Below, in pieces: positions 9,901-19,427 of a DNA stretch of 64,000 nucleotides. Location: the NCBI GenBank assembly GCA_965226885.1, contig CBDDEL010000014.1, positions 224,001 through 288,000 on the forward strand, written 5' to 3'. The position numbers and the translations under genes are program-made. Within the stretch, counting starts at the first letter, position 1. Each line of letters starts with the position of its first letter. Source of the stretch: Opitutales bacterium. Lineage in GTDB: Bacteria > Verrucomicrobiota > Verrucomicrobiia > Opitutales > UBA2987. Under the pieces are notes generated by a model. That model ran no database searches. It was not told where the DNA came from and saw only the letters and a list, made by a program, of their open reading frames with translations.

Positions 9901-10671
9901 CTACTGCGTCGTCCAGCCGCCATCGATGGAGAAACCGGCTCCGGTGACGTAGCTAGAGGCGTCGCTGGCTAGGAAGATGACGATTCCGCCGATCTCGTGC
10001 AGTTCCCCCCAACGGCCAAGAGGGATTTTGGCCACAAAGGCCCGGTATTTTTCCTTATCGTTGAGGAGGGGCAGATTGATCTCGGTGGCGAAAGGGCCGG
10101 GCAAAATGGCGTTGACCGTGATACCGGTGGCGGCCCATTCCAGGGCCAGCGCGCGTGTCAATTGCAAAACCGCACCTTTGCTGGTGGAATAGGGGGTGCG
10201 TTCGGGCATGGAGGTCACCCCGAACATGGAGCTGATGTTGATTACCCGGCCATATTTATTGGCTTTCATGATGGGCGCCACGGCCCGGCAAGCCAGCCAG
10301 GAACCGGTCACATTGACCTCCTGCACCTGCCGAAAATCCTCCACCGAAAGGTCCTCAATGGCGCCCCGTATATTGATGCCAGCGCTGTTGATTAAAATAT
10401 CGATTTTCCCAAATTCCGCGACCGTTCTCTCAACCGCAGCCTGCACCTGATCCTCGCTCACCACGTCACCATTGAGCGCAATGCATTTTTGCCCGGTGCG
10501 CGCATGAATTTTTTCAGCGGCGGCCAGGGTGCGTTCTTCATCACGGCTCAAAAGGGCCACCGAGGCCCCCGCATCGGCCAGGGCCGAGGCCATTTCAAAA
10601 CCGAGACCGCGGTTCCCGCCGGTGACAAGAGCCACGCGCCCATCCAATTTAAAAAGATTGAGGATATTCAT
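9901..10671 (-). CDS. Short-chain dehydrogenase/reductase (gluconate 5-dehydrogenase-like)
   Basis: TGGNRGLG, NSAG, YSTSK, PGPF.T, DGG. Confidence 0.9.
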   Translation of the reverse strand: MNILNLFKLDGRVALVTGGNRGLGFEMASALADAGASVALLSRDEERTLAAAEKIHARTGQKCIALNGDVVSEDQVQAAVERTVAEFGKIDILINSAGINIRGAIEDLSVEDFRQVQEVNVTGSWLACRAVAPIMKANKYGRVINISSMFGVTSMPERTPYSTSKGAVLQLTRALALEWAATGITVNAILPGPFATEINLPLLNDKEKYRAFVAKIPLGRWGELHEIGGIVIFLASDASSYVTGAGFSIDGGWTTQ

Positions 10672-11211
10672 GTTGGAAAATAAATAACCTCCTCCAATGG
10701 CCGCTGTCTAGCCCGGATATTTCATGAAGGGTAAAGTTTGGCTCGTTATTGCTATTGGAGATGGAGATGGATTTCTTTGTATTTTGAGCAGATCGTCTTG
10801 ATTTTTAGGTGTTTTTCAGGGTGTAGAGACACTGCCCCCTTTCCCCCATTGGTTCGGTAGTGCCGGGGGCAGCACCAATGCACCCTTTAGGTTGGCACCA
10901 ATCGGCGGGCCGCATGGTTGAAAAGACTGGCCCAAGGATAACTCTCACTTAGGTGAAAGTGAATCGTTCGGGTGTTGCGCACGATGACCGCTCCGATCTT
11001 GATTAATTTGAGCCGCAGGGTGTGGCATTGGGCCCGCGTGTAAACGCCGGGATGAAACCGGTACGGGGGTCGGGGTAAAACCGGTACGCTTGGAATAAGG
11101 TTTAGGTTAGTAATTGCAGGTACGTCAAGGTTTAGGGTTTGGGAGTTGGTTTTGGGGATTGGCTTGGGGTCGGTGAGGAGGCCGGAGGCCGACGAGCCGG
11201 GCCCAAGGCGT

Positions 11212-11979
11212 TTATTGTTTTGTGCCACGGCGACGGCGTCGAGCATCGCGCAAGCGGTAGCTTTGCCCGTTGGCTTCGAGGATATGCACCCGATGGGTGA
11301 GTCGGTCCAGCAGAGCTCCGGTGAGCCGTTCGGAACCGAGCACTTCGATCCAGTTCTCAAAGGGCAGGTTGGTGGTGACGATGAGACTGGTGCGCTCGTA
11401 AGCGCGGCTGACCACGTCGAAGAGCAGTTCGGAACCGGTCTTGGAAAAAGGGACGTAACCGAGTTCGTCGAGGATGAGTCGGTCGAGCCTTTCGAGTTGC
11501 TTCATGAAGCGCTGCAGGTCGTGGTTGTCGCGTTGCTCGAGCATATGGGTAACCAGGGCGGTGACCCCGAAGAAACGGATCCGCGGGCCCTGGGCACAGG
11601 CGGCAAAGCCCAGGGCGGTGGCCAGGTGCGTTTTACCGGTACCGGCGTTACCGAGGAGCAGCACGTTTTCGCGCTGGTCGACATACTCCCCGCGCATGAG
11701 CTCTCGGATGAGCGCTTCGTTGATCGAGGGCTGCGCTTCAAAGGCGAAGCTCTCGAGGGTCTTGAGCACGGGGAAACGGGCGTTTTTGATCCGCCGCTGG
11801 GCGGCCCGCTGTTCGCGTTCAATGAGCTCCCGTTCGACCAGATGCAACAAAAAGGCGGCGTAATCGAGCCGGTCCCGGGAACAAGCCGCGGCCACCGCCG
11901 GCCATTCGCGCAGGATGGTGGGCAACTTCAGTTTCTTGAGGTGATGGTGTAACAGCAGCTGGTTTTTTTCTTCCTTCAT
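11212..11979 (-). CDS. istB: IS21 helper ATPase
   Basis: GNAGTGKTHLA, ILDELGY, TTNLPFENW, LDRLTH. Confidence 0.95.
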   Translation of the reverse strand: MKEEKNQLLLHHHLKKLKLPTILREWPAVAAACSRDRLDYAAFLLHLVERELIEREQRAAQRRIKNARFPVLKTLESFAFEAQPSINEALIRELMRGEYVDQRENVLLLGNAGTGKTHLATALGFAACAQGPRIRFFGVTALVTHMLEQRDNHDLQRFMKQLERLDRLILDELGYVPFSKTGSELLFDVVSRAYERTSLIVTTNLPFENWIEVLGSERLTGALLDRLTHRVHILEANGQSYRLRDARRRRRGTKQ

Positions 11980-13481
11980 AAAGCCCCTCCTGGAATCTTG
12001 AGCAGTTCGCTGTAGGCACCGAGGTCAGGGGCGGCCACACGGACGTGACGCAGGTGTGGATGGCCGTCCAGCCGGAAGGTTCTGCTCCCGTAGTCTTCCT
12101 GAGGATAGAGATACTGGGCGATGGCCTCACGAGTCAGTCCCCCCACCCGCAGGGCCGAGACGACGGCCTGCTGCAAGGCCGCCATGGGGTGTTTCTCCAA
12201 CAGCCGCAGCACCCGGATATACTCCCGGGTGCCTTCGCCCCCGCATTGGCTTTCGAGCCGGCGTCTGAGGACCTGCAGGCACTGCGGCAACTGCCAGCCC
12301 GAGAGTGGGCGGGCGAAGTCCAAAGCGCCCGGTTTTTTCTCCAGCAAAGCCAGGTAGTGCACCGGCTCGAAAGAGACTTGCTCTTTATCCCAAATGCGGC
12401 GGTGCCGGGCCACCTCTTGGCCCCCACAGAAGATCACCACCTGCCGACAGGACCCTTCCACCACCACCGGATGGTGGGCGCAGCGCACCGGCACCGAATA
12501 GTCGTTGCACTCGAAGCGCACCAGCGAGAGGCTGCTGACGCAGGTCGAGCGTTTGCGGCTCGCTTCAAAGGGTATGGGCGGCAACGCCAGCATGACGGCG
12601 CGCTCCTCGGCCAGCAGTTCCTTTTTCACCGCCCTTTTCCCGCGTAATTTACGCTCCATGTCCCGCTCACATGCCTCCAACAGCTTTGCGTTGAGTTCCT
12701 CCAGGTCCCGAACCTGCGGTACCGGTACCAGGAAGTTGGCCCGGGCATAACGCACGATCCCCTCGACCACGCCCTTCTCGTTGGGCCGGGCGGGCAGACA
12801 GAAGTGTTCCTCGAACAGGTAATGGCTCTGTAGCTGCAGAAACCCGTCGGTCAGCTTGCGTTCACGCGAACCGATAATCTTACCCACCGCCACCTTCGAG
12901 TTGTCATAGCTGATGCGCCGGGGCACCGCCCCGAAAAACTCAAAAGCTCGCAGGTGCCCCTCCCAGAAGCTCTCCGTGCACTCCCGTTCGAACACCTGCA
13001 CGAAAAAGGCATCGCTGTAGGGCAGGCTCATGGCAAAAAATGGCCGCCTACGCAATTGCCCCGCCTCCTTCACCAGGGCATGACCGAAGTCCACCTGTCC
13101 CTCCCCGGGGCGGTGCTCCAGCGGCACGAACACTTCCCGCCGCCTCGCTCGCAGCTCGGCCACCACCTCCTTGACCGCCGTGTAGCCCCCTTGGTAGCCC
13201 TTCTCCCGACCCAAACGCTGGTAGATCCGTTTGGCCGTATGGCGCTGCTTCTTGGGCACGTTCCGGTCCGCTTTGAGCACCTCCTCGATCCAGCCCACAT
13301 ACGGATCGATCTTGCGCTCTCGCCTCTTCTTGCGCCGGTATCCCGGCGGCTGGGAATAGGCCAGCATCTTTCCCAGGGTCTCCCAGTGCAGTCCCTCTTC
13401 TCGCATTACAGAGCGCTTGCTCTGCTTGTCCCGCAGCACTTTGTGCCGCACTCTTGTCCATTGCTTCATATCTCGATACAC
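11976..13481 (-). CDS. istA: IS21 transposase
   Basis: QVDFG, YDNSK, NEKGVVE DDE motifs; overlaps the istB start. Confidence 0.95.
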   Translation of the reverse strand: MYRDMKQWTRVRHKVLRDKQSKRSVMREEGLHWETLGKMLAYSQPPGYRRKKRRERKIDPYVGWIEEVLKADRNVPKKQRHTAKRIYQRLGREKGYQGGYTAVKEVVAELRARRREVFVPLEHRPGEGQVDFGHALVKEAGQLRRRPFFAMSLPYSDAFFVQVFERECTESFWEGHLRAFEFFGAVPRRISYDNSKVAVGKIIGSRERKLTDGFLQLQSHYLFEEHFCLPARPNEKGVVEGIVRYARANFLVPVPQVRDLEELNAKLLEACERDMERKLRGKRAVKKELLAEERAVMLALPPIPFEASRKRSTCVSSLSLVRFECNDYSVPVRCAHHPVVVEGSCRQVVIFCGGQEVARHRRIWDKEQVSFEPVHYLALLEKKPGALDFARPLSGWQLPQCLQVLRRRLESQCGGEGTREYIRVLRLLEKHPMAALQQAVVSALRVGGLTREAIAQYLYPQEDYGSRTFRLDGHPHLRHVRVAAPDLGAYSELLKIPGGAL

Positions 13482-13992
13482 TCCTCCTTTCTAGGATAAG
13501 CGTACCGGTTTTAAAGCGCCCTCTTTACCGTACCGGTTTTTCCCCGGCGTTTACACCCGCGCCCACTTCGTCCCTTTTAAGGCTAACCGGCGCATGGCTT
13601 CCATCAAGGTGTAGGCCAGCGCCGACGCCGACAAGAGCAATCGCCACTGATTGGCCCACCATTGATGGGCGCTGGTGCGCTCGCTGAACAATTGCATCTG
13701 TTCCTTGATTCGGTTCTCCATTTCACCGCGGCCACAGTATACCTTGTCGTAAAGCTCCTGGGGATCGCCCGGCAGGTTCGTCACCACGAAGCGCGGGTTG
13801 GACCCCTGTGCGGTGTGTTCGGCTTTATGGATGACCAACCGCAGCCATCGCCACGAATCGGCAGCATAGACGAAGTCCTGGAATAACCGTTGTTTTTTAC
13901 CCCTTAGTTCGAACCATTCTTTGGCCTGCTTTTGCAACTGCTGGGCATCTTGCTGCAAGCGTGCATTGCGAGCCATCCCCACGATGTAACTA

Positions 13993-15809
13993 GAGGCTGT
14001 CCCAAAAGGGTGATTTTTGCGAGGGCTTTTGATAGGCGCTCATTCTAGAGGTATTTGCATTTGGGAGAGTATCAACTTTGCTCTCCTATGACGTTAGGAT
14101 ACTGGTTTTGGGGTCCGGTTGCCTGGGTTTCTTTGTATGAGCCGACAGTACGGCTGTGAAAAAGTATTGTCCTTGCTTTTCCGCTCTCTAGGCCGCCGCT
14201 TTGGTTTTTAGTTCGTCTTGCTGGGCCAGCATCTTGGCTACTTTCCATAGGTTGTGCGAGAGTACCGACCAGGCTACGCTGATCGAGCGGTTGGCAAAGC
14301 CTTTGCTGCGCAACCGCCCGGCCTGCCAGCGATTCTTCAATACCCCGATCCGCCCTTCGGTGCTGGCCCGGCGCTTTTGCAATTGTCTGAACAGTGGTTC
14401 CTCCATCCGTTTTTTCAACTGCTTCGGATCGCGTGGACAGAGCGCGTCGTAGATTCCCTCCTGGGCTAACTGCCGGCGGGCCCGCTGGGAGGCAAATCCC
14501 CGGTCCGCGCACATGGCCGCTATGGGTTCTTCCAGGTTGAAGCGGTTCTGTCTTTGCAAACTCTCTTGCATTTGTTCATTTTCGCTTGGAGTTCGGCTGC
14601 CGTAGAGTTTCCAGTCCAGCAGGTACCCTTCAACGCTTTCTCCCAAAAACAGGGTGTTGCCGAACTCGACCTCTTGGCCCGCTTTACCTCGCACAATCAC
14701 CTGCCCATCGAGTTCGTAAACACTCAAGACTTTCTCTGCGTTTTTCACCTGGCGGCCGCCAATGATCCGCTCGTGCGCCTGTTTGATGACCACCGGGATT
14801 TGCTCGCTCATGCGCTCCATCCGGGCGAGGATCTGTTGGACCTGTTTTTCGCTGTAATCGCTTTGCTCCCAGCAGGCTTGCAATAATTCCCGGTGACTGC
14901 GGGCATGCTCCCCGATCCGTTTGAGCAGCTTTTTCATCTGCCTCAAGATACCCTTGCGCTGCCGCGCGCTGTCCTTTCGCCGCCGGCTGTGGGTCATCTG
15001 TATGCACAGCCGATTCATCTGCCGAGCCAAGGGCTCCGGTTCGATCGGCATGCGATGGCGCACACCGGCCTTCTCGCGGATCAGCCGGATCGCTTTGAGC
15101 AACGTGCCGGCTACATCCTTGAGTAATACCCAGTCCGTCGGCCAATGAATGTTAGCCTCCAAACAGGTGCCGTCGATCAGGCAAATGGTGGGGTCAATCG
15201 GCTTGTCCAATCTCACCTGCCGGGCCAGAAGGGCATCGCCCACCACCTCAGTCAAGGTCCGGTGCAAGGCCCTCAACTGCTCTTCGCTGAAAAACTTCGA
15301 GGCCCGCTCCAGGGTGCTTTTGGAGATGCCCCTGATGCCATCGATCTGCCGGACACGGCAAAAGTCGGCCAACAGATCGCTGCTGCCCAGAGCCCGCGAC
15401 AAATGCCGAAACGAAATCCCTCCGAGCAGACGGCCCAGCGTATCCATGCGCAGTGCCTTGATGGCAAAACTGGCCCGCTGCCGCCGGGCCTTTAGACCCA
15501 TTGGCGGCCACCCCTCCAAGGCCAGCTCAATGGCCTGCGATTCCACCTCCGAGTCGATCAGCAGCCGATCGATTCGATCAATGGTGGCGCGGAAGTTATC
15601 GTAATCGAGGCACCGGTCGACCACAGTTAAAGCTGGACGCAGGAGGCATTGGATGGCTATATTTTTCATAGAAAGGGCTATATTGATTTTCGCTAACTCA
15701 ATTATAGAACCCTCTTTTGGCCGGATCGAGCAAAAACTTGCTCTTTCCGGCTCTTTTTATCAACGTCATCCAGTTGACTATAAAATCTTTATATTTTTGG
15801 GACAGCCTC
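13993..15809 (-). mobile_element. IS5/ISNCY-like element, copy 1
   Basis: IRs GAGGCTGTCCCAAAA / TTTTGGGACAGCCTC, 6-bp TSD TAACTA inside the IS1380 transposase gene. Confidence 0.9.
14188..15669 (-). CDS. DDE transposase, IS5/ISNCY-like
   Basis: IDGTCLEANIHWPTD, RGKAGQEVEFG, ADRGF, RASTEGRIG. Confidence 0.85.
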   Translation of the reverse strand: MKNIAIQCLLRPALTVVDRCLDYDNFRATIDRIDRLLIDSEVESQAIELALEGWPPMGLKARRQRASFAIKALRMDTLGRLLGGISFRHLSRALGSSDLLADFCRVRQIDGIRGISKSTLERASKFFSEEQLRALHRTLTEVVGDALLARQVRLDKPIDPTICLIDGTCLEANIHWPTDWVLLKDVAGTLLKAIRLIREKAGVRHRMPIEPEPLARQMNRLCIQMTHSRRRKDSARQRKGILRQMKKLLKRIGEHARSHRELLQACWEQSDYSEKQVQQILARMERMSEQIPVVIKQAHERIIGGRQVKNAEKVLSVYELDGQVIVRGKAGQEVEFGNTLFLGESVEGYLLDWKLYGSRTPSENEQMQESLQRQNRFNLEEPIAAMCADRGFASQRARRQLAQEGIYDALCPRDPKQLKKRMEEPLFRQLQKRRASTEGRIGVLKNRWQAGRLRSKGFANRSISVAWSVLSHNLWKVAKMLAQQDELKTKAAA

Positions 15810-16688
15810 TAACTAACTTCGTTGCGGTCGCACCAAGAGAGTATCCGGTCTCGACAAAATCCACTGTCGGCGCGCCAAATAATCCGCGTACGGGGCCAGC
15901 TTTGGCGAATCCGTTTAACCAGCAATTTGAGGATGGCCCCGGCATGCCTGCTGGCATCGATCTTGCTCGGCCGCAGGTAGGCCACCAGCAGCTGATCACC
16001 GCAAAAAACATATAGCGGCAGAAAACAGTAATGATCATAATAACCGTGGAAAAAACGTCCCTCCTGGAGCCCGTGCACCGGATTGTCGGTGGCGTCAAAG
16101 TCCAGGATGATCTCTTCGGGTTCCTCGGCAAAGGAGCCCATGAACTGTTCGACCAACAGCTCGTTTACCGCAAAGGCCGCCCGCCGATCCTGCCCGTTTT
16201 CAAAACGACACAAAGTCGGCGCGCTGGCCAACGTTTCAATGCGCCCCGTTACCGTTTGCAACAATGGATCGTGGCGCAGGGTATCAAAGTCGTTCAAATC
16301 CTCATAGCCCGCCACCAGCCCGTAAACGCGCTGCCGCAGCATCCCCAATACCTCATGGCGTACTTTGCCCTTCTGCCGTTTGTCCACTAACTGTCGGGCC
16401 GCTCGTTCGGTCAAGCCCAACTGCCGATCCACTTCCCGGATCAAAAGCAGTCCGGCATCCGAAGTAACCTCTCCGCCCTTGAAATCAACCCGCACACGGC
16501 GGCCTTTTACCCTTGTCAACTGTAGCTTTAATTGTTTACCTTTTGTCATCGCTGATATTGCTTTAATTATTGATCTATCCTGCTGTATATCAGCAGTTAA
16601 GCATATCAACGATACTTTTTTTACGAAATATCCGGGCTAGTGTGGAACACTGATTATCCACACTTAAATTTAAATCGAATTCAGCCAT

Positions 16689-17697
16689 TCATTCCGTCGG
16701 CAATCCCGCTGGAACGCTGAACAAGCTGCCGTCGTCGCCCCTCTGAAAAAACCGCATCTCCGGGCTGTTGTCCTCAAAGGTAAAAATCCAGCCAAGGGCG
16801 TCTCCGTAGAGAAATATCCAGCGGTAGGTATTTTCATTGAGGAAGATAAATTCCCCAAGGCCGAGATCGAAGAGGAAGATCGCGTCGGTGGTGCTCCCAT
16901 CAAAAACAAATTGCCAACTGTGTTCTTTGTGGAAAATCCATGGCCAAAACTCGATGTTATAGCTAGAGTACCAGGGAGAATCCCTCCACCCGGGAAAACC
17001 CGCAATAGCGGTTCCACTGAAAATGTCCGAAGGCATGGAGTCCATAGCGTGGATATTATCGATGCCAACCGTGGCCAGAACATGGGGTGCATGTTTACCG
17101 GGGGAAACGGGCTCAATAGCATCATTGCGGATAAGCAGGGTGGTGACGTTGGATAACGTTAGCTCTACGTCATTGATTCCTAGGTCTTCTAGGTCTTTAT
17201 GGACTCCTTCTACAAATACAAGGTCATCCACGGAAAGACCGAAAACATAGTGTTCCCAAAGATTTGCGGCCAAGGGTGGGGTTTGTGATTTTGTCGCAAA
17301 TGTTCCACCCGGACCAAATATCAGCAGCCTGATTCGGACATTGGAGGTGCGAAGGTCGAATCGATTTAAATCCATTTCAATGGCTTTTACGTTATTGGCC
17401 AGGTAATCTCCGGCCCAACGAGAGGTGTTTTTAGTCCCTTAGTCCCTAAATGAAATGCAATGCCATCGCGCCGAATTTCCAGGTAGCCGTCCGTCGATCC
17501 ATTGGCTCCCCCCTCGGTGCGAACTATGGGATTGGCCCCACCACCGGATTGGCCCCACCACCCCAGCCGTTGACGCCGCCCGAGTTAAAATCATCAATTT
17601 GGTCTATTTCAATGGCAAAGACACTCAAATCCGTCAGAAGGAGACATACCGCCAAAGTTCTGACAGGTTGAAAAATGGGCTTCAGAAGATTTCTCAT
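16689..17697 (-). pseudogene. Secreted protein with Trp-rich C-terminal domain, frameshifted by two tandem duplications
   Basis: Removing a 17-bp (17529-17562) and an 8-bp (17431-17446) tandem duplication gives one 328-codon frame: signal peptide ... NTSRWAGDYLANNVKAIEMDLN ... GWRDSPWY..FWPWIFHKEHSW. Confidence 0.75.
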
Positions 17698-17819
17698 CCG
17701 GGATGTCATATAAGAACCCTCAAAGTTGCTGAATATTCCGAGATTTCCCATTTGAACATTCATAATCGCAGGAAATAGCGATTCCCCGATTTCACAGTTT
17801 TAATTTTCCATACCATTTG

Positions 17820-18842
17820 TCAATTTTTACGTTCGCAATTGGTAATCAAACAGGTGGCGTTGAGTATTATGGGGCTACTGCCAGATACTGAATCTGTTAT
17901 TTCAGACCGACTCGGCCTGTTGAACTGATCCAGTATGAAAAGGGTCGCGATATCCTTCAATTCGGACAAATCCGGCGATCTTTCAGGGTAATCCTCAGCA
18001 ACATAGACCGCTTCCCCTGCATTTTTCACTATCAACAGCCGCAAATCGGCTCCCGTTTCCAGGCTTTTGTCCTGTAGTAATTGGGATTGCGGAAAAAGGA
18101 TATCTTCCTCCCCCGTGATCAAAAGGACGGGAGGGGAAGTTTTCCCGATAAAATACACCGGGCTGGCATCAATGTAGTTTTGAGGAACTTCCTCCACCGT
18201 CCCGCCGAGGCCGTATTTCAGTTGGGTGCGCACTTTTTTCTTATCTTTTTCCTCGCTGTCTGCCACCGCCAGGGCGATTTCGTGCAAATCGGTAACCGGG
18301 CCAAAGGCTATGATAAATGAAATCGTCTCGTCCTCAAGACCAGCCATGAGAGCGAGATGCCCACCGCTGGCATTGCCGATCAATCCCACTTTGGAGGCAT
18401 CGATGCCGTATTTGCCAGCATTCTCTATCAACCACACGACGGCGTTCTTGCAATCATCAATCAACGCGCTGAGGGGCGATTTCTTGCCGCCTTTGCTGAA
18501 ATTGATGGAGGCGAGGATAACTTGATAGTCCGCCACAAAATCGAGAAGAAGGTTCCGGAAAAAGGGAATATCCAGGATTTCGGATCGCGTCCCCCTGCGG
18601 TAGCCGCCGCCGTGGATGTAAACGATCAGGGGCAATGCCTCCGGTACATCCGCCTCAGACCGATAGATATCCAGTTGCAATGGTTTGGATGAAACATCCC
18701 GATATACAAGATCGGAAACCACCACCACCCCCTTGGGCAAAGAAGATGGCGAAGGACCTTTCGGACTTTCAATAACCTCGTTTCCTCGAAAGGTCGACAA
18801 GCTGATGGAAAAGATTATTAGAATAAGAAAGCGCGCTTTCAT
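17820..18842 (-). CDS. Alpha/beta-hydrolase fold (HSL/BD-FAE-like) secreted protein with degenerate catalytic residues
   Basis: Signal peptide, LDIY, YIHGGGY, D...AV.WL; GNASGG in place of GxSAGG. Confidence 0.75.
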   Translation of the reverse strand: MKARFLILIIFSISLSTFRGNEVIESPKGPSPSSLPKGVVVVSDLVYRDVSSKPLQLDIYRSEADVPEALPLIVYIHGGGYRRGTRSEILDIPFFRNLLLDFVADYQVILASINFSKGGKKSPLSALIDDCKNAVVWLIENAGKYGIDASKVGLIGNASGGHLALMAGLEDETISFIIAFGPVTDLHEIALAVADSEEKDKKKVRTQLKYGLGGTVEEVPQNYIDASPVYFIGKTSPPVLLITGEEDILFPQSQLLQDKSLETGADLRLLIVKNAGEAVYVAEDYPERSPDLSELKDIATLFILDQFNRPSRSEITDSVSGSSPIILNATCLITNCERKN

Positions 18843-18871
18843 TTTTACGGCAACTCATCTAACATCCGGGG

Positions 18872-19405
18872 ATGCTGTTCAAGTTCAATATTACAAATAT
18901 GAGTAAACACAAAAATCGGTTTTCGATTTTGGGATGCGCCATTTTTCTGGCCTTTTTACCAATTGAAAAGACATTCGGTTTTTCCCTGAGTTCCCTCCAG
19001 AACCTGCCCGGTTTCTCGGTCAATGTTCTCAAGCTGACGCCCGACGCCGAAAAATTAGGTGTCACCCAGGAAAAACTGCGCGAGGTCCTGGTCAAGCATT
19101 TGCAGGAGGCGGGCCTGCCGGTTGTTTCCGAGGAGAAATCATCCTCTCTGCCGGGAAAACCGATCCTCGAACTGACCGTTATCCTGCGCAAAGTGAGGGA
19201 TGGCAGCAGTTATATTTTTTCCATCAACCTGGCCTTGCAGAAAATGGTTTCACTGGAACGACCAACCGATAACCTGGCGGGAATCTATGCACCCACCTGG
19301 GAAAAAACAATCTTGGGAATGACCAACAAGAAATACTATATCGAAGTGGGCACCCGGCAGTTGCTCGACCGCTTTGCCCAGGAATACAAGGTGGAAAACC
19401 TTTGA
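18872..19405 (+). CDS. Hypothetical exported protein (likely start at MSKHK, 18899)
   Basis: Open frame with a hydrophobic N-terminal segment, divergent from the hydrolase; no motif recognised. Confidence 0.6.
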   Translation: MLFKFNITNMSKHKNRFSILGCAIFLAFLPIEKTFGFSLSSLQNLPGFSVNVLKLTPDAEKLGVTQEKLREVLVKHLQEAGLPVVSEEKSSSLPGKPILELTVILRKVRDGSSYIFSINLALQKMVSLERPTDNLAGIYAPTWEKTILGMTNKKYYIEVGTRQLLDRFAQEYKVENL

Positions 19406-19427
19406 TTCCGGCCCCCAATCGATGTTA

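Larger units (their letters stand above)
11039..13555 (-). mobile_element. IS21-family element, copy 1
   Basis: TGTAAACGCC...GGCGTTTACA ends with repeated AAACCGGTACG boxes, 6-bp TSD CCCGCG. Confidence 0.95.
10712..16636 (-). mobile_element. IS1380-family element, copy 1, interrupted by IS21 and an IS5-like element
   Basis: IRs CCCGGATATTTC, CTAG target duplication at 10708-10711 and 16637-16640. Transposase split into three pieces. Confidence 0.93.

Noticed and set aside
11095..11145. Telomere-like TTTAGG(G) repeats
   Set aside because: Only two or three dispersed degenerate units inside an IS21 end.
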